IMG/VR virus record: IMGVR_UViG_3300033475_000089
Strand: one strand, 5' to 3'
Length of the DNA: 38,009 nt
Source of the DNA: a virus
Shown in pieces: positions 24,290-34,455 of this stretch. A program made the position numbers and the translations under genes. Within the stretch, counting starts at the first letter, position 1, and the number at the start of each line of letters is the position of its first letter. The notes beneath the pieces were generated by a model. The model was given only the letters and a program-made list of their open reading frames with translations. It was not told where the DNA came from and did not search any database.

Positions 24290-25303
24290 ATGGCAGATTC
24301 TACATTAAATGCGATACGTACTAAAGTACGACGTTTAACACGGACACCTTCAGAGGCACAGTTAAGCACTGCTGAATTAGATCAGTATATTAACACCTTT
24401 GTGCTATATGATCTTCCTGAGCATTTACGGCTGTTTAACTTAAAGCAAACCTTTACCTTTTATACTAATCCCTACCAGGATGTATATGAGAATATAAGTG
24501 ATCCTGCATTCAGTCAGAATCCATTGTTTGATTTTAAGAATAGGTTTATATCTATTAATCCACCAGCATATATAGCCGGTTGGCAAGTATTGTGGACACA
24601 ATCTCGTGAGCAGTTATTTAATATATATCCACAAACGAATGCCATTGCATCCATAGGTGTTATAGGAGATGGTGTCACTAATTCTTTTTCAGGTACATTG
24701 GCTAATGTTCCTGTACAGGCTAATAACGTTCTATTTGATTCGGTTGGTGTTAATAACGAAGGTCTTTCGGTTTTTGATGCTCCTTTGTTTCCTTCTGATG
24801 GTACTGGAACTTTATTTGATAGTAATACCAATATAGCTGTTGGTGCTATTAACTACGTAACCGGAGCTTATACATTCTCATTCTCAGCAGCTCCTGGTGT
24901 TGGAAGAGCAATAAATAGCCAGACTATACCTTACGTACCATCGTTGCCGCAAACAATCTGTTATTTTAATGATAGTTTTATACTTCGTCCTATTCCTGAT
25001 CAACCATATAGAGTTGATGTAGAAGTATATGTACAACCTACTGAGATGCTCGACACCACTCAACATCCAGAACTTAATCAATGGTGGCAACTCTATGCCC
25101 TTGGGGCAGCTCGGAAAATATTCCAAGACAAATTAGATATGGATAGCTTATCGCTGATACAGCAAGAGTTTGAAGATCAGATGGCTATGGCATTGAGAAG
25201 AACAATCGTACAGAATACCAATGAACGTGTAGCAACTATATATACAGAAAATACCCAAGGCCCTAATAATAATGGCTTCTGGTGGGGAACTGGTAACTTT
25301 TAA
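24290..25303 (+). CDS. Virion protein, possible head-tail adaptor (start trimmed)
   Basis: The ATG at 24290 is preceded by GGGGAGTAGTAATG. 337 aa. The function is inferred from position only. Confidence 0.65.
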   Translation: MADSTLNAIRTKVRRLTRTPSEAQLSTAELDQYINTFVLYDLPEHLRLFNLKQTFTFYTNPYQDVYENISDPAFSQNPLFDFKNRFISINPPAYIAGWQVLWTQSREQLFNIYPQTNAIASIGVIGDGVTNSFSGTLANVPVQANNVLFDSVGVNNEGLSVFDAPLFPSDGTGTLFDSNTNIAVGAINYVTGAYTFSFSAAPGVGRAINSQTIPYVPSLPQTICYFNDSFILRPIPDQPYRVDVEVYVQPTEMLDTTQHPELNQWWQLYALGAARKIFQDKLDMDSLSLIQQEFEDQMAMALRRTIVQNTNERVATIYTENTQGPNNNGFWWGTGNF

Positions 25304-25312
25304 GGAAATTTT

Positions 25313-25930
25313 ATGGCCTATAATAATAACGTACCGTTGCCAACTGATACGATTTCATCAACACAAGATCCTATATTACAGAATTTCAGGGCTATAAAAC
25401 AACTTATTGATGTAAATCATGGTACTTTTGGTGGCACTGGAATTGATCAAGAAGGTAAGCATAAATTTGTAGAGATGCCAGATCAAACTGCAGATCCTGC
25501 AGCTGCTACGGGCGAAATGACGTTATATGCTAAAACTTATACTAAAACATCACAATCAGAAGCTTATGTTTTAAGAGATGATTTAGCTGGGCCCAATGTC
25601 CCTATTCCTTTTACTGCATGTCTAGCAAATCAAAATGGATGGGCATGGCTTCCGTGTGGCTTGTTAATGAAATGGGGTAATTTTTCTTTAACAAGCGGAA
25701 CAAATGCTGGCACTGCATTTAACTATCCTACAGGTGTTACTATACCAGCATTTACATCACAACCATTTATACTACAAACGAGTTTACTAAGTGGAAGCGC
25801 TCCTTCTGGGAATTCAACTCAATATCATGCAATAGTATATACTCCCCTATCTACAGGATTTACTGTTGCATGGAATGTTGCGAGTGCGATTAATTTAAGC
25901 TATTTAGCTATCGGACCTGCAACTCCATAA
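25313..25930 (+). CDS. Tail or fibre-associated structural protein
   Basis: 205 aa with a fibre-like N-terminus (MAYNNNVPLP...). Confidence 0.65.
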   Translation: MAYNNNVPLPTDTISSTQDPILQNFRAIKQLIDVNHGTFGGTGIDQEGKHKFVEMPDQTADPAAATGEMTLYAKTYTKTSQSEAYVLRDDLAGPNVPIPFTACLANQNGWAWLPCGLLMKWGNFSLTSGTNAGTAFNYPTGVTIPAFTSQPFILQTSLLSGSAPSGNSTQYHAIVYTPLSTGFTVAWNVASAINLSYLAIGPATP

Positions 25931-25939
25931 GGAACACCT

Positions 25940-28165
25940 ATGCCACAAGATCGTTTCCTTATAGCTCCCCTTACTGATGGCCTACAAAACAACGTAAAAC
26001 CCTGGTTGATTTCAGACCAGGCTTTCGCAGTATTACAAAACCTCTATCTATTTCGTGGACGTGTGCGTAAACGTTTTGGTGTAGAGTATATGGGCACTGG
26101 CCAAGATCAAAAAGAATCACGATTAAGAGTTAATTTGGGTGCTACCAACGGAGCTGGTACTCTGGCTGGCACTGTGCCTGGAAATGTGTTTGCTGTTGGA
26201 CAAATGTTCTCTGTTGGATCTGTACTATTTACTGTGGTTACTGCTGGGGCCGTTCAGCAAATGTTGCGTACCGATTTAAGTGTAGCTGTAGCAACATATA
26301 GTACTACAAATGGCGCATTTAATATTACTGGTGCGGCTGCTTTAACCACTGTTTACTTCTATCCGGGCCTTCCCGTTATGGGACTAACTCAATTTGAGAC
26401 AGAGTTAGTTAATGAAGAATTTACCATAGGGTTTGATACTAGGTTTGCTTATCGCTATCTATCTACCGGATGGACAAGATTGGCTGGCGAAGCAACTCCA
26501 GGAGCTGCTTTATGGTCTGGCAATGATACTAATTTCTTCTGGTCAACAAATTACCGAGGACCTACCGATGGTGTTAGTGTTTTTTTTACAACGAATAACT
26601 ATTTTAATACTGGCACTAATGCTTATGATGGGGTGCGATATTTTGATGAAGCTGCAGCTTTATGGCATTTCTTATTACCTCAATATTCTACGAGCGCTAA
26701 TGATATAATTGTTGCTGCACTCATTGTAGTACCTTTTCAAAATCGCTTATTACTCCTTAACATAGTAGAGCAAACAGGTGCAGGTCCCTTTACTTATCAA
26801 CGCTATGTTAATCGCGTAGCTTATTCTTCGACTGGAGATCCTACAAGCGCTGTGCAATGGGATCGAGTTACCCCAGGGCGTGGTGGGAAAATAGATTGTC
26901 CAACGCCCGAAGCTATCGTCACCGTAGAATTTATCAAGAATCGACTCATTGTTGGATTTGAAAAAAGTACATGGGAATTAGTCTACACGGGCAACCAAGT
27001 TACTCCCTTTGTATGGCAAGAATTAAATACCGAATATGGATCTGAATCTACATTTAGTGCAATACCGTTTGATAAATATATGCTATCTATAGGGCAAGTT
27101 GGGGTTATGAGCTGCAACGGATCAAACGTACAACGTATAGATGATTTAATCCCAGATGAGGTATTTAATATTTTGGATGGGTCGGATGGCGTTATACGCG
27201 TATATGGTATCCGTGATTATTTTACTGAGCTGGTATATTGGACCTTTCCTACATCTGCACAAGCAGCAACTAGTATTCCTCGTAAGTATCCTACCCGTGT
27301 TCTCGTATATAACTACAAGGCTAATACCTGGTCATTTTTTGATGATTCTATTACCTGTTTTGGTTACTTCCAAATTATTAATACTATGAGTTGGGAAGAG
27401 AATAATAATCAATGGGAAGAAGAGAATGAACTATGGGTAGATCCTACATTCCAGTCTGGATTCCGTGCTGTTATAGGTGGTAATCAAGAAGGATATACAT
27501 TCGTCTGTAATACAGGTGAAAATAGTAGTAGAAATGCAGGGGTGCTCCAGATAACTAATGTAAATACAGCAACTCGACAACTTACTATAATTGATCATAA
27601 TCTTATAGCGGGTGACTATATTCTTCCTGAAGGTGCGGTAGGATTGACTGGTCTAAACGATATTATAACGCAAGTGCTTTCTATAGTTGATGCAAACAAT
27701 ATCATTATTGAGCAACCATTTTCTGGAACCTACGCTGGTGGTGGAACTGTAGCTCGCGTTAGCCCTTTAGTGCTCACCAGCAAACAATATAATTTCTATG
27801 TGGAGAAGCTTAGAAATGCTTATATATCTAAGATAGATTTTCTTGTTACACGTACCCCTACCGGTGCAATTACCGTTGATTCTTATATATCTTCTTCTAA
27901 TTTTTCTCTTTTAGCGGGAGGACAAGCTACAGGGGCTTTAGTGGGAACGAATGTACTTGAGACAAGTCCATATGCTTTATATCCATTTGAATCGCAACAA
28001 GACCGATTGTGGCACAGCCTGTACCTGCAGGCAGAGGGAGAAACGGTCCAATTTTCTATGTATTTTTCGGATGCTCAAATGAGAGATAAAAATGTTTCTC
28101 TTGTTGGATTCGAATTACATGCTTTCGCAGTCACAGCTATGAGCACATCAGATCGACTTCAATAG
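25940..28165 (+). CDS. Large tail structural protein (possible nozzle / tail tubular B-like)
   Basis: 741 aa, the largest ORF in the tail module. The function is inferred from size and position only. Confidence 0.65.
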   Translation: MPQDRFLIAPLTDGLQNNVKPWLISDQAFAVLQNLYLFRGRVRKRFGVEYMGTGQDQKESRLRVNLGATNGAGTLAGTVPGNVFAVGQMFSVGSVLFTVVTAGAVQQMLRTDLSVAVATYSTTNGAFNITGAAALTTVYFYPGLPVMGLTQFETELVNEEFTIGFDTRFAYRYLSTGWTRLAGEATPGAALWSGNDTNFFWSTNYRGPTDGVSVFFTTNNYFNTGTNAYDGVRYFDEAAALWHFLLPQYSTSANDIIVAALIVVPFQNRLLLLNIVEQTGAGPFTYQRYVNRVAYSSTGDPTSAVQWDRVTPGRGGKIDCPTPEAIVTVEFIKNRLIVGFEKSTWELVYTGNQVTPFVWQELNTEYGSESTFSAIPFDKYMLSIGQVGVMSCNGSNVQRIDDLIPDEVFNILDGSDGVIRVYGIRDYFTELVYWTFPTSAQAATSIPRKYPTRVLVYNYKANTWSFFDDSITCFGYFQIINTMSWEENNNQWEEENELWVDPTFQSGFRAVIGGNQEGYTFVCNTGENSSRNAGVLQITNVNTATRQLTIIDHNLIAGDYILPEGAVGLTGLNDIITQVLSIVDANNIIIEQPFSGTYAGGGTVARVSPLVLTSKQYNFYVEKLRNAYISKIDFLVTRTPTGAITVDSYISSSNFSLLAGGQATGALVGTNVLETSPYALYPFESQQDRLWHSLYLQAEGETVQFSMYFSDAQMRDKNVSLVGFELHAFAVTAMSTSDRLQ

Positions 28166-28173
28166 GAGAAATT

Positions 28174-28698
28174 ATGCCAGATCCATTGAGTGTTTTATTA
28201 CCTACCAGTAACGTATGGGATCCTAGTCAGATATATGAGACTGAGGGTATAAATGAACCCATGCAAGAATTACTGGTGCGTATGTACCAAAATCTAAATC
28301 AGATGTCGATTGCTATAAATCTTAAAGATAGCGCTTATTATACCACCCAAGAGTTTGTTAATAACCAACAATTTTTTCAACCCACGGGTGTTGATCAAAC
28401 TGATTATAGACCAAGCTTTCGAATGACTGTTAATTTCGGAGCGCTTCCTGCCGCTGGTGCCAAAACAGTTGCGCATAATATTGGACCAAGTTCTGCATAC
28501 ATAGCGACGAGGATTTACGGTGCTGCAACAAAACCCTCTACTATTAACTGGATACCCATCCCTTATGTTTCTGCTACCTTGATGGCTGATAACCTACAAT
28601 TGGATGTTGATGCTACTAATGTAACCATAACTACTGGCGGCACTGATTATTCTTTGTATACGCAATGTATTGTAGTTATAGAGTATATAAAAAAATAA
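28174..28698 (+). CDS. Tail structural protein, unknown role
   Basis: 174-aa ORF with a GGAGAA RBS. Confidence 0.7.
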   Translation: MPDPLSVLLPTSNVWDPSQIYETEGINEPMQELLVRMYQNLNQMSIAINLKDSAYYTTQEFVNNQQFFQPTGVDQTDYRPSFRMTVNFGALPAAGAKTVAHNIGPSSAYIATRIYGAATKPSTINWIPIPYVSATLMADNLQLDVDATNVTITTGGTDYSLYTQCIVVIEYIKK

Positions 28699-28755
28699 GT
28701 AGCTTATAATGCTGACTTAATTAGGCTATTAATAGTTATCGAGAAAGGATAGTAC

Positions 28756-29466
28756 ATGGGTTTTTTTTCTGGCACAAAAGCACGCAATGAACAATTAAGT
28801 ACCGTTACACCACAACAAGCAGGTACCAATGTTGCAGCCAATACTGGCGTACAACAATTAATACCTTACCTCTTACAAAATCTTATGGGTGGCCCTCAAG
28901 GCCAAGGTAGATTTGATTTTGGTCCTATTGCTCAGCGCGCACGCACGCAGTTTGAACAACAAACTATACCGAGTATCGCAGAACGATTTAATACATTGGG
29001 CAGAGGCGCTTTATCAAGTTCTGGATTCGCACAAACTCTTGGTGGTGCTGGTGCTGGATTACAAGAAGGCCTAGCCGCTCAAGAATCACAATTTGGCCTA
29101 CAACAACAAGGGCTATTACAACAATTGCTTGGGCAACTTGGCGGTATTGGCTCACAACAACAATTTGAAAACATCTATCATCCAGAACAACCTGGATTCC
29201 TACAAACTGCACTCCCCGGTCTTATAGCTGCTGGTGCGACTGCCTTTGGTGGACCATTAGCGGGAGCAGCTGGTGGAGCTTTAGCTAACGCTCTATTCGG
29301 TTCAGTAGGTCAACAAGCTCCACAAAAAGTTAGCAGTATGCAACCACGTTCAAATATGTCTAATTTAGGTGGCTCATTAGGTAATCTCATAGGTGGTACC
29401 CAGCATTTACCTATAGGTGGTGCTAATGCATTTAATATCGGTGCTAGTAAATTTGGAGGATTCTAA
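28756..29466 (+). CDS. Gly/Gln-rich low-complexity virion protein (possible internal or ejection protein)
   Basis: 236 aa with GGAGAGLQEGLAAQESQFGLQQQGLLQQLLGQLGGIGSQQQ. Confidence 0.65.
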   Translation: MGFFSGTKARNEQLSTVTPQQAGTNVAANTGVQQLIPYLLQNLMGGPQGQGRFDFGPIAQRARTQFEQQTIPSIAERFNTLGRGALSSSGFAQTLGGAGAGLQEGLAAQESQFGLQQQGLLQQLLGQLGGIGSQQQFENIYHPEQPGFLQTALPGLIAAGATAFGGPLAGAAGGALANALFGSVGQQAPQKVSSMQPRSNMSNLGGSLGNLIGGTQHLPIGGANAFNIGASKFGGF

Positions 29467-29468
29467 TC

Positions 29469-31349
29469 ATGGCTCAAATTATCAATACTCCTGGTCGTAG
29501 CGCATATGGCGGACAAGCTGCAGGTTCTGCTTTAGGCAAAGCTTTAGAGGGTTTAGCTGGCACGTTTGTTGGTGAGTTCACTCGCGGTAAGCAACGTACA
29601 TTGTTTGAAAAGCAATATCCTGAGCATGCAGATATCCTATCGCAATTCCATGCGAATCCTGCTGTACAACAAAAACTTATAGCCAATATAGAAAATCAAC
29701 GCGCCAGCCAATTACAAAATTTGTTAAAACAGCAACAACAAACACAGCAAACGGAAGAACTTGCCAATTATTATGAATCACAGGGATTACCACGTGATCT
29801 GGCTTATCAACCAAAAGAAGTACGTAATCTTGAATACAAGAGATTAACAAAGCCACAAACATGGGCGCAATCTGCATTAGATTTGTTTAAAGGTGAACCT
29901 GCTGTTAAAAAACCTGGAGCAATTACACAGGCTCCTTTAGGTGAAATACCTAAACAGGGACAAGTAAGCGCCGAACAAGCTGAATTATTACGTTCCCAAG
30001 GATATGATGTTCCATTAGCCAATGAATCTACTTCAATGGCCCAACGAGTATCTTCTTTTGGAACTGGATTTGGTGCAGGAAAATTAGGGCTTACAGGAGA
30101 TTTACTTTCTGGCTTGGGTGGTTTAGCTAATAGATTATTACCTGAAGGATTACAGTTACCAGAATATAAATCTGCTTTATCTGTTGAAGGACCTCAACAA
30201 CAAGAATTACAATCACTGGCTGATAGATTTGGGGTTGAAGTTGATGACCCTAGATTCCTGCAAATGTTATCTGAAGGTGAACTTATAACTCCAACTGTTG
30301 CATCTCCATTTCCAACTTCTACTGAGCTAAAAAAGGGTATAGGTAAATTAGCTAAAGGTACCGAAGCAGAAAAATATCTTACACCACAAACAGCTACACA
30401 AAAATGGTATGAAGATATGGGGCAGATTGCTGCTCTTCTTTCGAGTCCTTCTAAATCATTTGCACAAGGTGGTATTAAAGCAGTTGCTAAAGATTTAGCT
30501 AAAGCTGCCGGCGTAGCTGCAGGTGGTGATACTGCTGGATGGTTAACTGCACGTGCTACTGGTAGTGAGCTTGCGGGAGATTTGATCAAAAATGGCATAT
30601 GGCTTGCTTATAATTTATTCCCAGGAAGCTTAAATAATGTTGCCCAAAAAGAAGCATCTGTGTTTGAAAATGAAGTGATTAAGAAGGCTGAAGCGGCTAA
30701 TAAAACTATTGATATGACTAAATACAAACCAGAAGTTATTAAGATTCAACATGATCTTAATAAAATGGTTCGCGGGACTGATGCGTATAAATTCTTAGAA
30801 AATGAAATACAACCATTGCAAGAGATTGTATTGAAACACAATCAAGATCCCCGAGCTTTATGGGATTATATTGGGGAATTACGAGCAAAGCTTCCTGAAG
30901 CTCCTGACAAAGCAAAAAAATTGTATGAAAAAATGATTGAAGTCAGTGAAAACATTCTTGAAAACTTTGGCAATACTATCAGTAAAGAAGGTACCCAAAG
31001 TTTTAAAAATGCTGAAAGGCTTCTTGCACAAAGTTCTGCCGCTGCAAATGCCTTTAAAAATAATAAAAAGATTATTACTGACAATGTAGGCGTTGGAGTT
31101 GCTATGATGCTTATGGGTGGCATGAGAAAACTTTTCGCCGTAGGTGCCGGTGCCGCTGCTCTAAATTATGCAGCTAAAATGGTTACTGACCCGACTATGC
31201 AAAAGTATATGACCCAGCTAGCAAAAGCTGGAGCTGCTAACAATACTATACTTGCAGATAGGCTTATGAAGAAAGTTAACAAACGAGCGGAGCAGATAGA
31301 TCCTAAAACAGCACGTGAAGTTATGGCGCAATTACAACAAAGCAGATAG
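29469..31349 (+). CDS. Large internal virion or ejection protein (tape-measure-like composition)
   Basis: 626 aa. Gly/Ala-rich hydrophobic segments and coiled-coil stretches. The function is inferred only. Confidence 0.6.
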   Translation: MAQIINTPGRSAYGGQAAGSALGKALEGLAGTFVGEFTRGKQRTLFEKQYPEHADILSQFHANPAVQQKLIANIENQRASQLQNLLKQQQQTQQTEELANYYESQGLPRDLAYQPKEVRNLEYKRLTKPQTWAQSALDLFKGEPAVKKPGAITQAPLGEIPKQGQVSAEQAELLRSQGYDVPLANESTSMAQRVSSFGTGFGAGKLGLTGDLLSGLGGLANRLLPEGLQLPEYKSALSVEGPQQQELQSLADRFGVEVDDPRFLQMLSEGELITPTVASPFPTSTELKKGIGKLAKGTEAEKYLTPQTATQKWYEDMGQIAALLSSPSKSFAQGGIKAVAKDLAKAAGVAAGGDTAGWLTARATGSELAGDLIKNGIWLAYNLFPGSLNNVAQKEASVFENEVIKKAEAANKTIDMTKYKPEVIKIQHDLNKMVRGTDAYKFLENEIQPLQEIVLKHNQDPRALWDYIGELRAKLPEAPDKAKKLYEKMIEVSENILENFGNTISKEGTQSFKNAERLLAQSSAAANAFKNNKKIITDNVGVGVAMMLMGGMRKLFAVGAGAAALNYAAKMVTDPTMQKYMTQLAKAGAANNTILADRLMKKVNKRAEQIDPKTAREVMAQLQQSR

Positions 31350-31427
31350 CTAATCTTTCATGATAAAAAACATATAATAAAAAGCTATACCAGCAATAAG
31401 ATCTAAAATACAAGATAGGTCATCCAT
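31350..31427 (-). CDS. Candidate 25-aa hydrophobic peptide, antisense to the structural operon
   Basis: MDDLSCILDLIAGIAFYYMFFIMKD. AGGGGGA RBS 5 nt upstream. Minus-strand TTGCAA (31494-89), 17-nt spacer, TAGAAT (31471-66). Confidence 0.3.
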   Translation of the reverse strand: MDDLSCILDLIAGIAFYYMFFIMKD

Positions 31428-31450
31428 TTTTCCCCCTACAGGATTAAAAT

Positions 31451-31477
31451 ATATAATTCTATATAATTCTATATAAT
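31451..31477. repeat. Tandem 10-bp repeat (atataattct x 2.7)
   Basis: atataattct atataattct atataat, inside the 221-bp AT-rich intergenic region. Confidence 0.85.
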
Positions 31478-31570
31478 ATTTAATCTATTTGCAACCCCCT
31501 CACATATAATTTGCTTATAGTAGCGGATGTATGAAGCTTAGTTACGAGTACTTCTTAAATAAGGAAAGTA

Positions 31571-31903
31571 ATGAAAAACTATATATTACCTATACCGCTT
31601 ACCAGCGTTACGTCTGCATCCATCAATGGAACGACGTACACGGCTATAAACGATGCTGGGCTACCTCATCCCTGTTCTATCATACGCATTATCAACGCTA
31701 GTACTACGGCTGTACAGATAAGCTGGGATGGCACCCATGACCATGACTACGTCAAAGCTGGCGATACCATAACATTAAATTTCCAAACAAATAGACAGCC
31801 CAATGGCCAGGTAGCTTTAGCCAAACATGGTACCGTGTTCTACGTTAAGGGTACGGCAGGAACTGGTTTTCTTGCATTAGCCGGTTATTACCAGGAGAAT
31901 TGA
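31571..31903 (+). CDS. Small structural protein at the start of the fibre module
   Basis: 110-aa ORF with an AAGGAAAG RBS. Confidence 0.65.
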   Translation: MKNYILPIPLTSVTSASINGTTYTAINDAGLPHPCSIIRIINASTTAVQISWDGTHDHDYVKAGDTITLNFQTNRQPNGQVALAKHGTVFYVKGTAGTGFLALAGYYQEN

Positions 31904-32256
31904 TGTCAAACTATGCATTAGCGGTTAAATTTGCCGCAGAACCCCTTCGTTCATTAGCCTTCGGTAGTATATCAGGGACTTATGCAGGTATCGGTACTCC
32001 ATTTAGTCATCCGATACGCCTTATATATATACAAAATCTCAGCGATAAAACATTAGTCTATTCCTTTAATGGGGTTGATGACCATTTTAAACTTCCCGAA
32101 CAGGGATTTTTATTGTTAGATGTAACCTCAAATAAAACCCAACAAGGTGGTTGGTATGTTGCTGAAGGTACACGTATCTACGTTAAGCAAGATGGTGCCG
32201 CGGCCACAGCCGGAGAAGCAAATGTTTCAGCATTTTATGGTGATACAGGATATTAG
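31900..32256 (+). CDS. Small structural protein
   Basis: 118-aa ORF with an ATGA overlap onto the upstream stop. Confidence 0.65.
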   Translation: MMSNYALAVKFAAEPLRSLAFGSISGTYAGIGTPFSHPIRLIYIQNLSDKTLVYSFNGVDDHFKLPEQGFLLLDVTSNKTQQGGWYVAEGTRIYVKQDGAAATAGEANVSAFYGDTGY

Positions 32257-32264
32257 GAGAAACG

Positions 32265-34238
32265 ATGAGTCAGTCAGGTGTGTTTTTTAATGGTACAACA
32301 CCGCCTCCAGGTTCTGGTATACAAACGGTGACTGGAAATACCGGTGGGCCTGTTGGTCCAGATGGTGGTGGTAATATAGATATAGTTGGCGCTGGCCCTA
32401 TTACCGTTGATGGTAATGCCGGTACTTTTACAGAAACGATAAATATAGCCAATGCAACAACGACAGCCGTTGGAGTAGTAGAGCTTGCCACTGATGCAGA
32501 AACGATTACAGGAACTGATTCTGTTCGTGCAGTAGTGCCTTCTAGTTTAAAAGCAAAGCTTGGCGTACAAACAGATCATGCAGTTGCTATAGGTAATACA
32601 GATTCGTTAGCTATCCAATGGTCTAATGTGGGTACTGATGGGCAAGTACTTATTGCTGCTACTGGAGCAGATCCTGCATTTGCTACCGTAACTTCAACCG
32701 GAGGTACTATTGCTATAACCGGTGGTGCTAATACTCTTAATCTTGAAGCTGTAGGATCAGGTGCAAGTATTACCGTTGATGCTGATTCGGGAAGTGCTGC
32801 TCCCATAGCAAACATATTAAATTTAAATGGTGCAGCTGGTGGGAATATAACCACAACTGGTGCTGGTAATACATTAACCGTTGCTGTTTCTGGAACGACT
32901 AATCATGCCGTACAAGTAGGTAATGCTACGGGATCATTGGATGATGTAGCTGTTGGTGCAACAAATACGGTTCTTTTAGGAAATACCGGCGCAAATCCAA
33001 GCTTTGGACAAGTACCTAATGCAGCTTTGGTTAATAGTACTATTACGGTCACCGGAGATCAAAATATTACCGTTGGTGGATCTCCTGTTGCTTTGGGCGG
33101 AGCGCTAACTCTTGCCTTCCCCAATATAAATCAATATGAGTTAGTGACTGCTGATGCAGGCGGTGCCGCTGAATCATTACCAGCAGGTACCGGAACTAGT
33201 GGCCAAGTACTAACCAGTCAAGGAGCTGCTGCATATCCTATATGGGCCACACCTAATTCGGGTAGTGTCATAGCAACGCAATTTACTGCATCAGGAACCT
33301 GGACTAAAAACACCAATACACAAACAGTAGAAATACTTATCATCGGTGCAGGCTCTGGCGGTGGCAGTGGATCTCGTGGATCTGCTAATAGCGGCGCGAG
33401 TGTATCAATGGGTGGCGGCGGTGGTGCTTGTTCTGGCTCTCTATATATGAAGATGCCAGCGTTATTTTTCCCTGCATCCTTAGCAGTAACAGTAGGTGCT
33501 GGCGGTTCAGGTGGAGCTGCTGTTGCAGTAGATAATACTGCTGGTAATGATGGATCATTAGGTGGTTCAAGTTCAGTTGGATCTTTGATTAAAACATATG
33601 AAATTGGTCCTAATTATTCTTTTGGACAAGGTGGCCATCTGACAGGAACTGTTGCAAACAATGGACTGGGTGCTTTTATACGATATTTTGAAGCGCAATC
33701 AAATATTCAAAATGGATTGTCTACTAATTATGGGTTAGTTAATCCTCCAGCTGGACCTGGTAGGGCTTCGATTTCTCCGGCAGGGGTAAATTCTGCTACT
33801 GATGGCCCATATTTCATGACTGCTGGTGCAGGTGGGGGTGGATGTGGATCATTTGCGGGTGTAAATAATACGGGCGGTAATGGCTCAAATATTCGCTCAT
33901 GCTTTGACTCTGATCTTATCGTTTCAGGTGGTGGAGGGACTATCGTAATCGCGGCTGGTGCTGGAGGCGCAGTCCCCGGTGCATCGGGAGCTGCTGGATC
34001 TAATTATACAACTACTAATGGCTATCTTTCTGGCGGTTCTGGCGGTGGCGGAGGTGCCGGTGTAACTAATGTTGCTGATGCTCCGGGTAATGGCGGTAAT
34101 GGCGGTTATCCTGGCGGCGGTGGCGGTGGCGGAGCAGGTGGTATGAATGCCTCAGTGCATCCATCAGGATCTGGCGGTGATGGAGCTGATTCAATGATAG
34201 TTATAGTAGAATACTTAGGTACATTTACCATAGTTTAA
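32265..34238 (+). CDS. Tail fibre with a glycine-rich C-terminal domain
   Basis: 657 aa. Fibre motifs VGVVELATDAETITGTDSVRAVVPSSL and GTDGQVLIAATGADPAFATVT. The C-terminal ~300 aa has runs of GGGG, GAGGSGG and GNGGNGGYPGGGGGGGAGG. Confidence 0.8.
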   Translation: MSQSGVFFNGTTPPPGSGIQTVTGNTGGPVGPDGGGNIDIVGAGPITVDGNAGTFTETINIANATTTAVGVVELATDAETITGTDSVRAVVPSSLKAKLGVQTDHAVAIGNTDSLAIQWSNVGTDGQVLIAATGADPAFATVTSTGGTIAITGGANTLNLEAVGSGASITVDADSGSAAPIANILNLNGAAGGNITTTGAGNTLTVAVSGTTNHAVQVGNATGSLDDVAVGATNTVLLGNTGANPSFGQVPNAALVNSTITVTGDQNITVGGSPVALGGALTLAFPNINQYELVTADAGGAAESLPAGTGTSGQVLTSQGAAAYPIWATPNSGSVIATQFTASGTWTKNTNTQTVEILIIGAGSGGGSGSRGSANSGASVSMGGGGGACSGSLYMKMPALFFPASLAVTVGAGGSGGAAVAVDNTAGNDGSLGGSSSVGSLIKTYEIGPNYSFGQGGHLTGTVANNGLGAFIRYFEAQSNIQNGLSTNYGLVNPPAGPGRASISPAGVNSATDGPYFMTAGAGGGGCGSFAGVNNTGGNGSNIRSCFDSDLIVSGGGGTIVIAAGAGGAVPGASGAAGSNYTTTNGYLSGGSGGGGGAGVTNVADAPGNGGNGGYPGGGGGGGAGGMNASVHPSGSGGDGADSMIVIVEYLGTFTIV

Positions 34239-34248
34239 AAGGAATATT

Positions 34249-34437
34249 ATGAGCAAAAGAATACGCCATGGCATAGTGAATCAAGATAATGTAGTTGTAA
34301 ATGTAATTATATGGAATGGTGCTGAATGGCAGCCACCTCGTGGCCATTGGGTAGTTCAAGATGATAAAGTAAATATCGGTGATATATACGATCCTGATAC
34401 AAATACATTTAGTGCACCCAAAAAAGATAATCAATAA
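34249..34437 (+). CDS. Small hypothetical protein
   Basis: 62-aa ORF between fibre genes. Confidence 0.5.
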   Translation: MSKRIRHGIVNQDNVVVNVIIWNGAEWQPPRGHWVVQDDKVNIGDIYDPDTNTFSAPKKDNQ

Positions 34438-34455
34438 CTCTAAAGGAGAGTAGTA

